NCBI GenBank assembly: GCA_965209165.1
Contig: CBDBQI010000006.1
Coordinates: 258,891-322,890 of the forward strand
DNA from: Dehalococcoidia bacterium
GTDB taxonomy: Bacteria > Chloroflexota > Dehalococcoidia > Lucifugimonadales > CAJWER01
Direction of reading: 5' to 3'
Length of the DNA stretch: 64,000 nt
Part shown: positions 55,189 through 63,050 of the stretch, in pieces
Layout of the letters: each line of letters begins with the position of its first letter
Numbering within the stretch: the first letter of the stretch is position 1
The notes under the pieces: model-generated
Told to the model about the DNA's origin: nothing
Database searches by the model: none
What the model saw: only the letters and a program-made list of their open reading frames with translations
Made by a program: the position numbers and the translations under genes

Positions 55189-55721
55189 GTCTGGTAGAGT
55201 GGGACGAGCGGGAGCCCATGGGCAAGGCCTACTTCCGAATGCCAACCAAGCGATAGAGCCGCAAGGCCCTCATCGAGGCTCCGGCAGGTAGCGGGCCAGA
55301 CGACGTGCCGGTTGCTGCCCGTGACCTGCTCCACAAGGACCCGTCGCTGTGGTCGGCATAGTTTCGACTTCTCCATAGTAATCCTCAGACGCCATCCCGA
55401 AATCCACGATTGCCACCCAGGGGCAATATCGGTAAACTGGAGTTGTGGGGCCTCCCAAGGTCCCCAATCCACCTGCGAGGTCAGAGGCGGGATGTAGATT
55501 CCCCATGCAGTGGCGGGATGTTTGCCATCCTCGACGAGGGGATGCAGGACAAGGCTGAACGGTCACGCATGAGGCCTTCGAGGCTGTTCCTGTATCTGAC
55601 GGGAGGCAAGGGACTGAGAGTTGCAATTGAACAAAAGATAGAACAAAATAACCTTGCGCTGTTCTAAAGGCCGGTGATAAGTAGATGTCCTGCCTGACGA
55701 GCCGGGAGGATACATCCGAAT

Positions 55722-55927
55722 ATGGGCGACAGGGAAGACACAGCGCCCAGGCGGGCCTCCATTTGGGAAATCCAGGAGAGCTACAGGCCACTCTATGTAC
55801 TAGTCTTCCTCGCTGTACTCTTAGTTTTGGCATGGTACTTCCTAAATCTAGAGATAGAGGATTTGCCAAAGAGTCTAGTAAGCGCAGGCAAGAAAATCGC
55901 ACCCTTTACGCTGCTAGCTGCAGCGAT
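55722..55927 (+). pseudogene. 5' part of a membrane-anchored coiled-coil protein gene interrupted by IS21-family element
   Basis: Joining 55722..55927 to 58122..58407 (removing the IS and one CGAT copy) gives a continuous 492-nt ORF (..LLAAAI|GFTSTEAVVW..). Confidence 0.7.
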
Positions 55928-56058
55928 TGTCATCGCCGGTGTGAAAATGACCCACCATCGCCGGAATGGAATTGACCCACCTGAAAGCATGGAGCACCTT
56001 GGGAGTCGGGAGGAATCCCGACCTGGAGGTGCCCAACAGATTGCTAAGAGGTGGGACA

Positions 56059-57276
56059 GTGAAAGAGATCTACGAGATGAGGGGAGCGGGACTGTCGATC
56101 AGGGAGATCGCGCGCGAGTTGAGTGTATCTAGGAACTCGGTGCGCAAGTATCTGAGGTCTGCCGGAGTGCCGAAGGAGAAGCCGCGGAACAGGCGACCTT
56201 CGAAGCTGGACCCGTACACTGATCACATCGACACCCGCCTATCTGAGGGCCTGGACAACTGCGTGGTGTTGCTGCGTGAGCTGCGGGCTCTCGGGTACAG
56301 TGGCGGTTACACGATCCTGAAGGACTATGTTCAGCCCCGCCGTCGCCGCCGGCAGCCCAATGCGACGATCAGGTTCGAGACGGGTCCCGGAGAGCAGGCG
56401 CAGGTTGATTGGGGAAGCCTGGCCTACATCGACGAGGACGGCCGCAAGCGCAGGGTGTGGGCGTTCGTGATGGTGCTGAGCTGGTCGCGTGCGATCTACG
56501 TTGAGTTCGTCCGCCGCGCCGATGTCGCGACCTTCATGCGCTGTCACGTCAATGCGTTCGACTACTTCGGCGGAGTGCCTCGCCGGTGCCTGTACGACAA
56601 CGCGAAGGTGGTGGTACTAGGACGCGACTCTGACGGACGCCCCGAGTGGAACAGCCGGATGCTGGACTTCTCGTTGCGGGTGGGCTTCGAGATGAGGTTG
56701 TGCCGGCCGTACCGCGCTCAGACCAAGGGCAAGGTGGAGAGCGGGGTCAAGTACGTCCGCCGCAACCTGTGGCCCACTGTCCGGTTCAGCGACGATTCGG
56801 ACATGAACAGGCAGGGCATGGAGTGGTGTGAGACGGTGGCCAACGAGCGGGTGCATGGTACGACGAAGAGTCGGCCGAAGGCGCTCCTCGACAAGGAACG
56901 TGCGCACATGCTCGACCTGCCCGAACGGTCGGGTCTGGCGCCGTACCTCCGGGAGGAGCGCAGGGTGGGGCGTGACGGGTACGTGAATTGGGACGGGGCG
57001 TGGTACGGGGTGCCGTGGTCCTGGGCAGGCCGGACAGTGCAGGTCGGGCTCGGATCGGGGATGGTGGAGATCTGGTCGGATGCGGACAGGCTGGCAGTGC
57101 ATCCGAGGGCTCACAGGCGAGGGCAGAGGTTGACGCTGCCGGGTCAGTGGGCCGGCCTTGTCAACGGCGATGCGGGTCCCAGGAAGGAAGCCGTGGCGGT
57201 TCAGGTGTCGACCGCTCAGGTAGAGCGCCGGTCGCTTGAGGTGTACGAGCTACTGGCTTCAGGGGGTGTGCGATGA
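56059..57276 (+). CDS. istA: IS21-family transposase IstA
   Basis: GTG 56059 with a GAGGTGG RBS. HTH (GLSIREIARELSVSRNSVRKYL), DDE core (QVDWGS...YDNAK...), and the C-terminal domain. Confidence 0.85.
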   Translation: MKEIYEMRGAGLSIREIARELSVSRNSVRKYLRSAGVPKEKPRNRRPSKLDPYTDHIDTRLSEGLDNCVVLLRELRALGYSGGYTILKDYVQPRRRRRQPNATIRFETGPGEQAQVDWGSLAYIDEDGRKRRVWAFVMVLSWSRAIYVEFVRRADVATFMRCHVNAFDYFGGVPRRCLYDNAKVVVLGRDSDGRPEWNSRMLDFSLRVGFEMRLCRPYRAQTKGKVESGVKYVRRNLWPTVRFSDDSDMNRQGMEWCETVANERVHGTTKSRPKALLDKERAHMLDLPERSGLAPYLREERRVGRDGYVNWDGAWYGVPWSWAGRTVQVGLGSGMVEIWSDADRLAVHPRAHRRGQRLTLPGQWAGLVNGDAGPRKEAVAVQVSTAQVERRSLEVYELLASGGVR

Positions 57277-58079
57277 TCGCCCTCGAGCAGGCGCGGCAGT
57301 ACATGGCGAGCTTGGACATGAAGGCAGCTGTTGAGGTGCTGGACAGCAGGCTTGACGCCGCCGCCAGCAAGCAGATGCCGTATCCCGAGATGCTGGCCGA
57401 CCTGCTGGGCGTTGAGGTGTCGGCCCGCAGGGAGAGGTACCTGACCACCAGGACGCGGTTGGCCAAGCTCCCCTTCCAGCGCACCCTGGAGCAGTTCGAC
57501 TTCGCCTTCCAGCCCTCCATCGACGAGCGCCAGGTGAAGGAGCTGGCCTTCGTTGCAGAGGCATCCAACCTCCTGTTGCTGGGCCCCCCGGGAGTGGGAA
57601 AGACTCACCTGGCGGTCGCGCTGGCCATGCGGTCCATAGAGAACGGGTACGGTGCGTACTTCGTGCGTGCCTATGACCTGATGGAGGACCTGAGAAAGGC
57701 CCGTGCCGAGCACCGGCTGGATAGGCGCATGAGAGTGTACCTGGCGCCCAAGGTGCTCATCGTCGACGAGTTCGGCATCTGGCCCTACGACCGCGACGCT
57801 GCCACCGCCTTCTTCAGCCTGGTGTCGGCCAGGTATGAGAGGGGAAGCATCATCCTGACGTCGAACAAGGGCTTCTCGGAGTGGGGAGAGCTCCTTGGCG
57901 ACGCCGTCATCGCCACTGCCATCCTCGACCGGCTGCTGCACCACAGCCACGTCCTCAACATCCGGGGAGAAAGCTACAGGCTCAAGGACAAACGGCAGGC
58001 AGGTCTGCTGACCTCGCCCCAGCTGCTCAATCCACAGTCGGAGGAGCACAAATCAGAGGTGGGGGTGGGTCAAAACTAA
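57273..58079 (+). CDS. istB: IS21-family helper ATPase IstB
   Basis: Walker A LLLGPPGVGKTHLAVAL and Walker B VLIVDEFG. The ATG overlaps the istA stop (ATGA). Confidence 0.9.
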   Translation: MIALEQARQYMASLDMKAAVEVLDSRLDAAASKQMPYPEMLADLLGVEVSARRERYLTTRTRLAKLPFQRTLEQFDFAFQPSIDERQVKELAFVAEASNLLLLGPPGVGKTHLAVALAMRSIENGYGAYFVRAYDLMEDLRKARAEHRLDRRMRVYLAPKVLIVDEFGIWPYDRDAATAFFSLVSARYERGSIILTSNKGFSEWGELLGDAVIATAILDRLLHHSHVLNIRGESYRLKDKRQAGLLTSPQLLNPQSEEHKSEVGVGQN

Positions 58080-58117
58080 ACCGGCGATAGTGGGTCAAAA
58101 GCAAATCGGCGTTGACA

Positions 58118-58407
58118 CGATTGGTTTTACATCTACAGAAGCGGTGGTGTGGCTCATGGTATTGTCAAGAGGGCTGGCAGCAAGGGTAGAACAAAGAAGA
58201 CTTGAAAATGAAGAGAAGAAAAGGCAACTGGAAGAGAGTCCTCTCCAGCCTGTTCTTGATGGACTAGAGGATATAAAGAAAACTATGTCTAGCACTAATC
58301 AGAGGCTGGGCAAAGTAGAGAAGACAGTTAATACCTTGAAAGAAGGCCATGAAGAGCTTGCAAACCGGGTTGAAAAACTTGAGGGCGCGGCAAGGCCGAA
58401 GAAGTGA
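58118..58407 (+). pseudogene. 3' part of the IS21-interrupted coiled-coil protein gene
   Basis: See 55722..55927. It encodes the second TM segment and a heptad-rich tail (RRLENEEKKRQLEE...LKEGHEELANRVEKLEG). Confidence 0.7.
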
Positions 58408-58649
58408 TGGATGAATCGATAGATACCTTACTTGAAGACCTTTTTGCTATCTACAGATCTTCTCCGTATGGGTCTGAGGAGGAAGCCTCTGCACTAAGGG
58501 CCATCGGGAGAGTAGGCACCCAAAAAGCTATTGATTTCTTAAGCGGGATTCTTGAGGTGACTAGGGATGAGGAAGATTCGTTCGTAGTCCAGACAAGGAT
58601 TATGGTAATTGAAGCACTAGTAGAGGCAAAGAGGCGGGACAAGGGCTAA
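58407..58649 (+). CDS. Small HEAT-repeat-like protein
   Basis: The ATG overlaps the upstream TGA. ALRAIGRVGTQKAIDFLSGIL resembles PBS-lyase/HEAT-like repeats. Weak call. Confidence 0.35.
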   Translation: MDESIDTLLEDLFAIYRSSPYGSEEEASALRAIGRVGTQKAIDFLSGILEVTRDEEDSFVVQTRIMVIEALVEAKRRDKG

Positions 58650-58761
58650 AGCTAATTCAAACTGCCACACTATCCGATTCCCGGGTCAAAACAAATATTG
58701 GCAATGTACAAAACTCAGGAGTGTAGTGACGCACTACATTACATCGGCTCAGGCTGATCGG

Positions 58762-58823
58762 GATTCGTTCGCCCTGAGCCTGCCGAAGGGCCTGCCCCGT
58801 ACTCGATACGGGGGCAGTGCTCC
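58762..58823 (+). repeat. Intergenic repeat family D, copy 2, with nested 24-nt hairpin insertion (58791..58814)
   Basis: gattcgttcgccctgagcctgccgaaggg + cctgccccgtactcgatacggggg + cagtgctcc. The flanks match 33453..33489. Confidence 0.6.
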
Positions 58824-58863
58824 GCCAATTCCATGGTGTTGAGCCAGTCCAGCCACCCCCCCC

Positions 58864-59835
58864 CTACTCACCACTCCCAATCTCCCCCACCGAAGGCACT
58901 CCTCCAACTCCCGTCGCGCACCGCACCCCCCTCACAATTGCCCTCCCCACGCAATCCACCACCGCAACCTCCAACCTCAGCATATCCGCCTTGCCCTCGA
59001 CGGCGCCGGTGCCCAGCGCGAACATCGTATCCCCGTCACGCATAGTGTGGACCGGGCGGACCGCCAGCGCCAGCCCGTCGTGCGAGATCGACGCCAGCTT
59101 GTTCGCCTCCTCCTTGCTCAACGTCGCGCTCGTCGCCACCACGCCGATGGTCGTATTGCTCCCAAACGGGGCGGGCGCGTCTCCAGTGTCGTCCGACAGC
59201 AGCGCCTCCACCGGGTCGTCCATGCTCCGGCGGTCGTTCCGCGGCCCGGCGACGAGAGCGCCCGTATCGGGATCGTACACGCCCCCAATCGCGTTGACGG
59301 CCACGATCGCGCCCACCACAACGCCGCCGCCAAGGTCGACGCTCGCCGTGCCGACACCGCCCTTCACGGCCCGGTCCGCTCCCAGCGTCTTCGCCACCGT
59401 CGCGCCAGTCCCAGCGCCCACGCTGCCCTCCTCGACCGCGCCATCCGAGGCCGCGGCGCAAGCCGCATACCCCTCGTCCGCACCGGGATGAACGCCATGC
59501 CTGGCGATCCCCATGTCGAACAGGATAGCCGCTGGCACGATGGGCACCGTGACCGGCCCGGCCCGGTACCCGATGTCGCGCTCAGCCAAGTACCGCACCA
59601 CCCCCGAAGCCGCGTCCAGCCCAAAGGCGCTCCCGCCGCCCAGGACTACGGCCTGCACCTCCGTGACGTGGCTGGTAGGCCGCAGCAGGTCCGTCTCCCG
59701 CGTCCCCGGCGCCGACCCGCGAACATCCACACCCCCAACCGCCCCACCCCGACACAGCACCACAGTACACCCCGACCCGCGCTCCAGGTCCGTCGCATGC
59801 CCCACCTCGACACCGGTCACGTCCGTGATGCTCAA
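58864..59835 (-). CDS. P1/DmpA-family (S58) peptidase, second copy
   Basis: LSITDVTGVEVGHATD, GGVDVRGSAPGTRETDLL, AVVLGGGSAFG. The preferred start is TTG 59833-59835, 9 nt after GGAGG. GTG 59859 is the longest alternative. Confidence 0.75.
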   Translation of the reverse strand: MSITDVTGVEVGHATDLERGSGCTVVLCRGGAVGGVDVRGSAPGTRETDLLRPTSHVTEVQAVVLGGGSAFGLDAASGVVRYLAERDIGYRAGPVTVPIVPAAILFDMGIARHGVHPGADEGYAACAAASDGAVEEGSVGAGTGATVAKTLGADRAVKGGVGTASVDLGGGVVVGAIVAVNAIGGVYDPDTGALVAGPRNDRRSMDDPVEALLSDDTGDAPAPFGSNTTIGVVATSATLSKEEANKLASISHDGLALAVRPVHTMRDGDTMFALGTGAVEGKADMLRLEVAVVDCVGRAIVRGVRCATGVGGVPSVGEIGSGE

Positions 59836-59947
59836 GCGAAGAAACCTCCGAACCCACACCGAGGGAAGCCGATTGACTGCGCCGAATCATAGCAGCCGCT
59901 TGCGCGCCCGCGAAAGGAAGGCGATTACCCCCGACACTGCCTCCGGC

Positions 59948-59986
59948 ACCGTCATACCGGCGAAGCCGGTATCCAGTCCCCGGGCC
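59948..59986 (-). repeat. Hairpin repeat family A, copy 3 (inverted orientation)
   Basis: The reverse complement reads ggcccggggactggataccggcttcgccggtatgacggt. It lies about 185 nt downstream of the minus-strand SMT-like gene. Confidence 0.7.
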
Positions 59987-60170
59987 TGGGTCCCTAGCTA
60001 CGTTGAGACAACAGCAAGACCGCCTTCTCACCGCTGGCGCCGAACGAGGTGTCGGAGTGGGGCCCCAGCGACCACTGCCAGATCGCCATAGACGTTGGAG
60101 GTGCCCCCTCCTAGCTCCCCTCGGGTACGTGACTCAGGGTGACCAGCCTTCCCACGAAGACTTGACCGCG

Positions 60171-61196
60171 CTAGTCCGGCTTGCGCGCGTGGATGAAGTA
60201 CATCGGCGTGAAGATGCCGAGCCGGCCCGCCCCCGCCATGGCTGACGCGCAGAGATTCAGGGTTCCCGACACGCGGACCGTTCCCTGAGGCACGATGCGG
60301 AGTGCCTCTAGCACCTTCAGCGAGCTGTGGGTCACCCAGCGTCCGATAGTGGAGCTGCGGAAGGCGGCGAGGGAGAGTCCCAACCCCACGAGGGGCTGGT
60401 ACCACGGAATCGACGGGCCGGACTGCACTGCGAGGTCACGCGTCTCCAGCACCTCGAATCCCACCGTTCGAAGCGCGTCATCGACCGTCGGCGCATCGTC
60501 GATTATGAGCAGCCCGCCACCCAGCTGAATGTCGGCCTTGAGCTTGACGTGGACGGGGTCGCTCGCGTCGAAGCGGTCGGTCACGCAGTATTCGTAGGCG
60601 CCGAAGTGCGCGCCCGGCTTCAAGAGGCGAAAGACCTCGCTGTAGATGCTGACCTTGTCCGGCGCGCAGCAGCTTGCCTCGATCGAGTAGGCTGCGTCGA
60701 ACGATTCGTCCGAGGCATCCACGTCCAGGAAGTCGCATTGCAGGAAATCGGCCAGGTGAGCGAGGCCCGCCTCTCCGGTCAGTTTCCGGGCGCGTTCGAG
60801 CTGATAGCCATTGCTGTTTATGCCGACGACCCTGGCGCCCGAAGTGCGGGCAATCTCAATCAAAGGCCCGCCAACGCCGCAGCCAATGTCGGCCACTACC
60901 ATCTCCGGTCCGAGGCCAAGCGCCTGCGACATGAATCGCTCATGGCGTGCCAGCGACTCCTTGAAGCTCTCCCCCGGCACACGGGGCGCAAAGTGAAAGG
61001 ATCTGCCCCAGCCATACTCGAATAAGTCGGTGACCAGGTCGTAGTAGAGATTGTTGACCTTCTCGTGCTCGCCCTCTTGCCCTACGGGGGCGCCGCCCTC
61101 GGCCGCCCTGAAGCGGTCCTCGTATTCGCTGACGGCCGGATCGACACCGGAGGTGCCGGGTTGCTCCTTCAGGATTTCGGAGAGCTTGACAGGCAT
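60171..61196 (-). CDS. ERG6/SMT-like sterol C-methyltransferase homologue 2
   Basis: NNLYYDLVTDLFEYGWGRSFHFAPR, VADIGCGVGGP, YSIEASCCAPD, EVFRLLKPG, IPWYQPL and the C-terminal GIFTPMYFIHARKP are very close to the ERG6 motif set. Trimmed to the ATG at 61194-61196. Confidence 0.8.
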   Translation of the reverse strand: MPVKLSEILKEQPGTSGVDPAVSEYEDRFRAAEGGAPVGQEGEHEKVNNLYYDLVTDLFEYGWGRSFHFAPRVPGESFKESLARHERFMSQALGLGPEMVVADIGCGVGGPLIEIARTSGARVVGINSNGYQLERARKLTGEAGLAHLADFLQCDFLDVDASDESFDAAYSIEASCCAPDKVSIYSEVFRLLKPGAHFGAYEYCVTDRFDASDPVHVKLKADIQLGGGLLIIDDAPTVDDALRTVGFEVLETRDLAVQSGPSIPWYQPLVGLGLSLAAFRSSTIGRWVTHSSLKVLEALRIVPQGTVRVSGTLNLCASAMAGAGRLGIFTPMYFIHARKPD

Positions 61197-61534
61197 CGAG
61201 GCGCTCCCAACCTGCTCCTGGCCGGCACGGACCCTCGCGCCTGAGGGCCTCCGTATGCGAACTCGCCGCCTGCCGGCCAGTCGATACGGCATCATACCAC
61301 GTGGCACTCCAGTGCCTTGAGGGCGGCGTCCAGAAACACTTGCTGGCCAGCACTGAGGGACAGCCTTCGGGCCTCGCGGACAGGAACGAGCTCTGAGCCA
61401 AACACATAGCCATCCGCCCCCTTAAGGTCCGGGCGGTGTGCGCCTGGGCCACCGGCGTAAACGACCTGAATGAAGTCTGGGTGTCGCCGAGTCCCGCCCC
61501 TTCCAAAGTCTGGAGGCTCGGGACCAGCCCGCCT

Positions 61535-63004
61535 ATGGTACTCTTGCCCATCCCAACCCGGAGGCGGCACATACAGCTTCACATCGCCAGACGCTACCGC
61601 TGGTGGGTCTACGCCGCCACCTCGCTCGGCATCTTCGTGTCCGTGGCCGACCACGGCGCGACCGCGGTAGCCCTCCCCAGCATCGCCGACGAGTTCCGCA
61701 CCGACCTGCCCACCGTCCAGTGGGTGATGATCGCCTACGCCCTCACCATCGGCTGCCTGCTGCTGCCGATGGGTCGCCTCTCGGACATCGTCGGGCGCAA
61801 GCGCCTCTACCTGGCCGGCTTCGCCATATTCCTTGTTGCCGCCCTGCTGTGCGCCGTCGGCGGCAGCGTAGCCGCGCTGATAGGGTCGCGCGTGCTCATG
61901 GGCATCGGCGCGTCCATGACCCAGGCGACCTCGATGGCGATCCTCCTCTCGTCCTTCGACGAGAGCGAGCGCGGCAAGGCCCTTGGCCTGCAGCTCAGCG
62001 CCGTCGGCGCGGGTGCCGTCGGAGGCCCGCCCATCGGCGGCTTCGTCGTGGAGCTGTTCGGATGGCGGGGCATATTCCTGCTCACGGCGGTCCTCACGGT
62101 CGCGGCCATCGCCTTCGCCCAGGTCGTTCTCGACCGCAGGAGGACGGACGGAGCGCTGTCAGGAGGGCGGTTCGACCTCGTTGGGGCGGTCACGTCCACG
62201 GCGGTCCTCGTCGTCTTCCTCCTAGCGATGAGCAACGGCGCCGAGCTTGGCTGGAGATCGGCGCCGTTGGTCGCCGGGTTCGCCGCCGTCATCGGGCTCG
62301 CGGCCTTCTTCACCTACTGGGAGCTGCGGGCCCGCAGCCCGATGCTCGACGTGACCCTGTTCCGGCACCCTGTCTTTACCGTCGGCGTAGCGGCGAGCGC
62401 CATCTCGTTCATGAGCATCTCGTCCGTGCGCTTCCTGATGCCCTTCTACCTCCAGTCCGTCCTGGGCTACTCCCCCGGCGCCGTGGGGCTGGTGCTCGTG
62501 CCGGCCGCGTTCGCCATGATCCTGATGGGGCCGCTCGGCGGGAGGCTGTCCGACCGCTACGGATGGACGCCCTTCAACGTCGGGGGGCTGGCCCTATCCG
62601 CTGCCGGGCTGTTCATCCTCTCGCGGGCAACGGAGGCCTCGCCCATCGGCCTGATAGTCCTGGGGACGGTGACCCAGAGCGTAGGGTCCGGCATATTCAA
62701 TCCCCCCAACAACAGCTCGATCCTCAGCGTGGTCGACCGGAGCAGCTACGGCGCGATGTCCGGTTTCCTGAACCTCGTGCGAAACTCGGCCAACATCACC
62801 GGCATAGCCGTCGCCACCACCATAGTGGTCACGGTGATGGGCGCGGAAGGCTTCGAGCCCAGCCTGGCCGCCGTGTCGGACTCGGGGGCCCAGGGCGTGC
62901 TGGGCGCGTTCACATCCGGGATGAAGACGGCCTACCTATCCATGGCCGCCCTGGCCCTAGCCGGATCCGCCCTGTCCCTGCTCAAGCCCAGGCAAGCTTC
63001 CTGA
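61535..63004 (+). CDS. MFS transporter, DHA2 (EmrB/QacA, 14-TMS) type
   Basis: LPMGRLSDIVGRKRLYLAGF (MFS motif A-like), GIGASMTQATSMAIL, and 14 hydrophobic segments. Start uncertain. Confidence 0.8.
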   Translation: MVLLPIPTRRRHIQLHIARRYRWWVYAATSLGIFVSVADHGATAVALPSIADEFRTDLPTVQWVMIAYALTIGCLLLPMGRLSDIVGRKRLYLAGFAIFLVAALLCAVGGSVAALIGSRVLMGIGASMTQATSMAILLSSFDESERGKALGLQLSAVGAGAVGGPPIGGFVVELFGWRGIFLLTAVLTVAAIAFAQVVLDRRRTDGALSGGRFDLVGAVTSTAVLVVFLLAMSNGAELGWRSAPLVAGFAAVIGLAAFFTYWELRARSPMLDVTLFRHPVFTVGVAASAISFMSISSVRFLMPFYLQSVLGYSPGAVGLVLVPAAFAMILMGPLGGRLSDRYGWTPFNVGGLALSAAGLFILSRATEASPIGLIVLGTVTQSVGSGIFNPPNNSSILSVVDRSSYGAMSGFLNLVRNSANITGIAVATTIVVTVMGAEGFEPSLAAVSDSGAQGVLGAFTSGMKTAYLSMAALALAGSALSLLKPRQAS

Positions 63005-63050
63005 CCGGCGACCCCAACCATCAGGGCTCATGCACTGCATGGGAGGCATT

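Larger units (their letters stand above)
55928..58117 (+). mobile_element. IS21-family insertion sequence (istA-istB), 2190 bp, with 4-bp target duplication CGAT
   Basis: The left end tgtcatcgccggtgtgaaaatgaccc matches the reverse complement of the right end, tgtcaacgccgatttgcttttgaccc, at 19 of 26 positions. Subterminal CGCCG-N9-TGACCC repeats are duplicated at both ends. CGAT lies at 55924-55927 and 58118-58121. Confidence 0.85.

Noticed and set aside
54040-55290. Terminal inverted repeats and target duplication of the IS1-family element.
   Set aside because: Only a weak similarity was found (..TTGGCAGAATAGG.. on the left vs the complement of ..CCTACTTCCGAATGCCAA.. on the right). This is not enough to define the ends, so only the transposase gene is reported.
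55189-55721. Possible gene (minus-strand ORF 55270..55902, 210 aa) or degraded integrase between the IS1 transposase and the interrupted gene.
   Set aside because: The translations are Cys/Arg/Pro-rich with no recognisable motif in any frame, and there is no RBS-start context. The region is left as unexplained non-coding DNA.
25001-61196. Claiming a complete bacterial sterol biosynthesis pathway.
   Set aside because: No squalene synthase, squalene epoxidase, oxidosqualene or squalene-hopene cyclase, CYP51-type demethylase signature or SdmB-like reductase is present in the window. Only tailoring-type and transport-type genes are seen, so the claim is limited to a candidate tailoring and export system.
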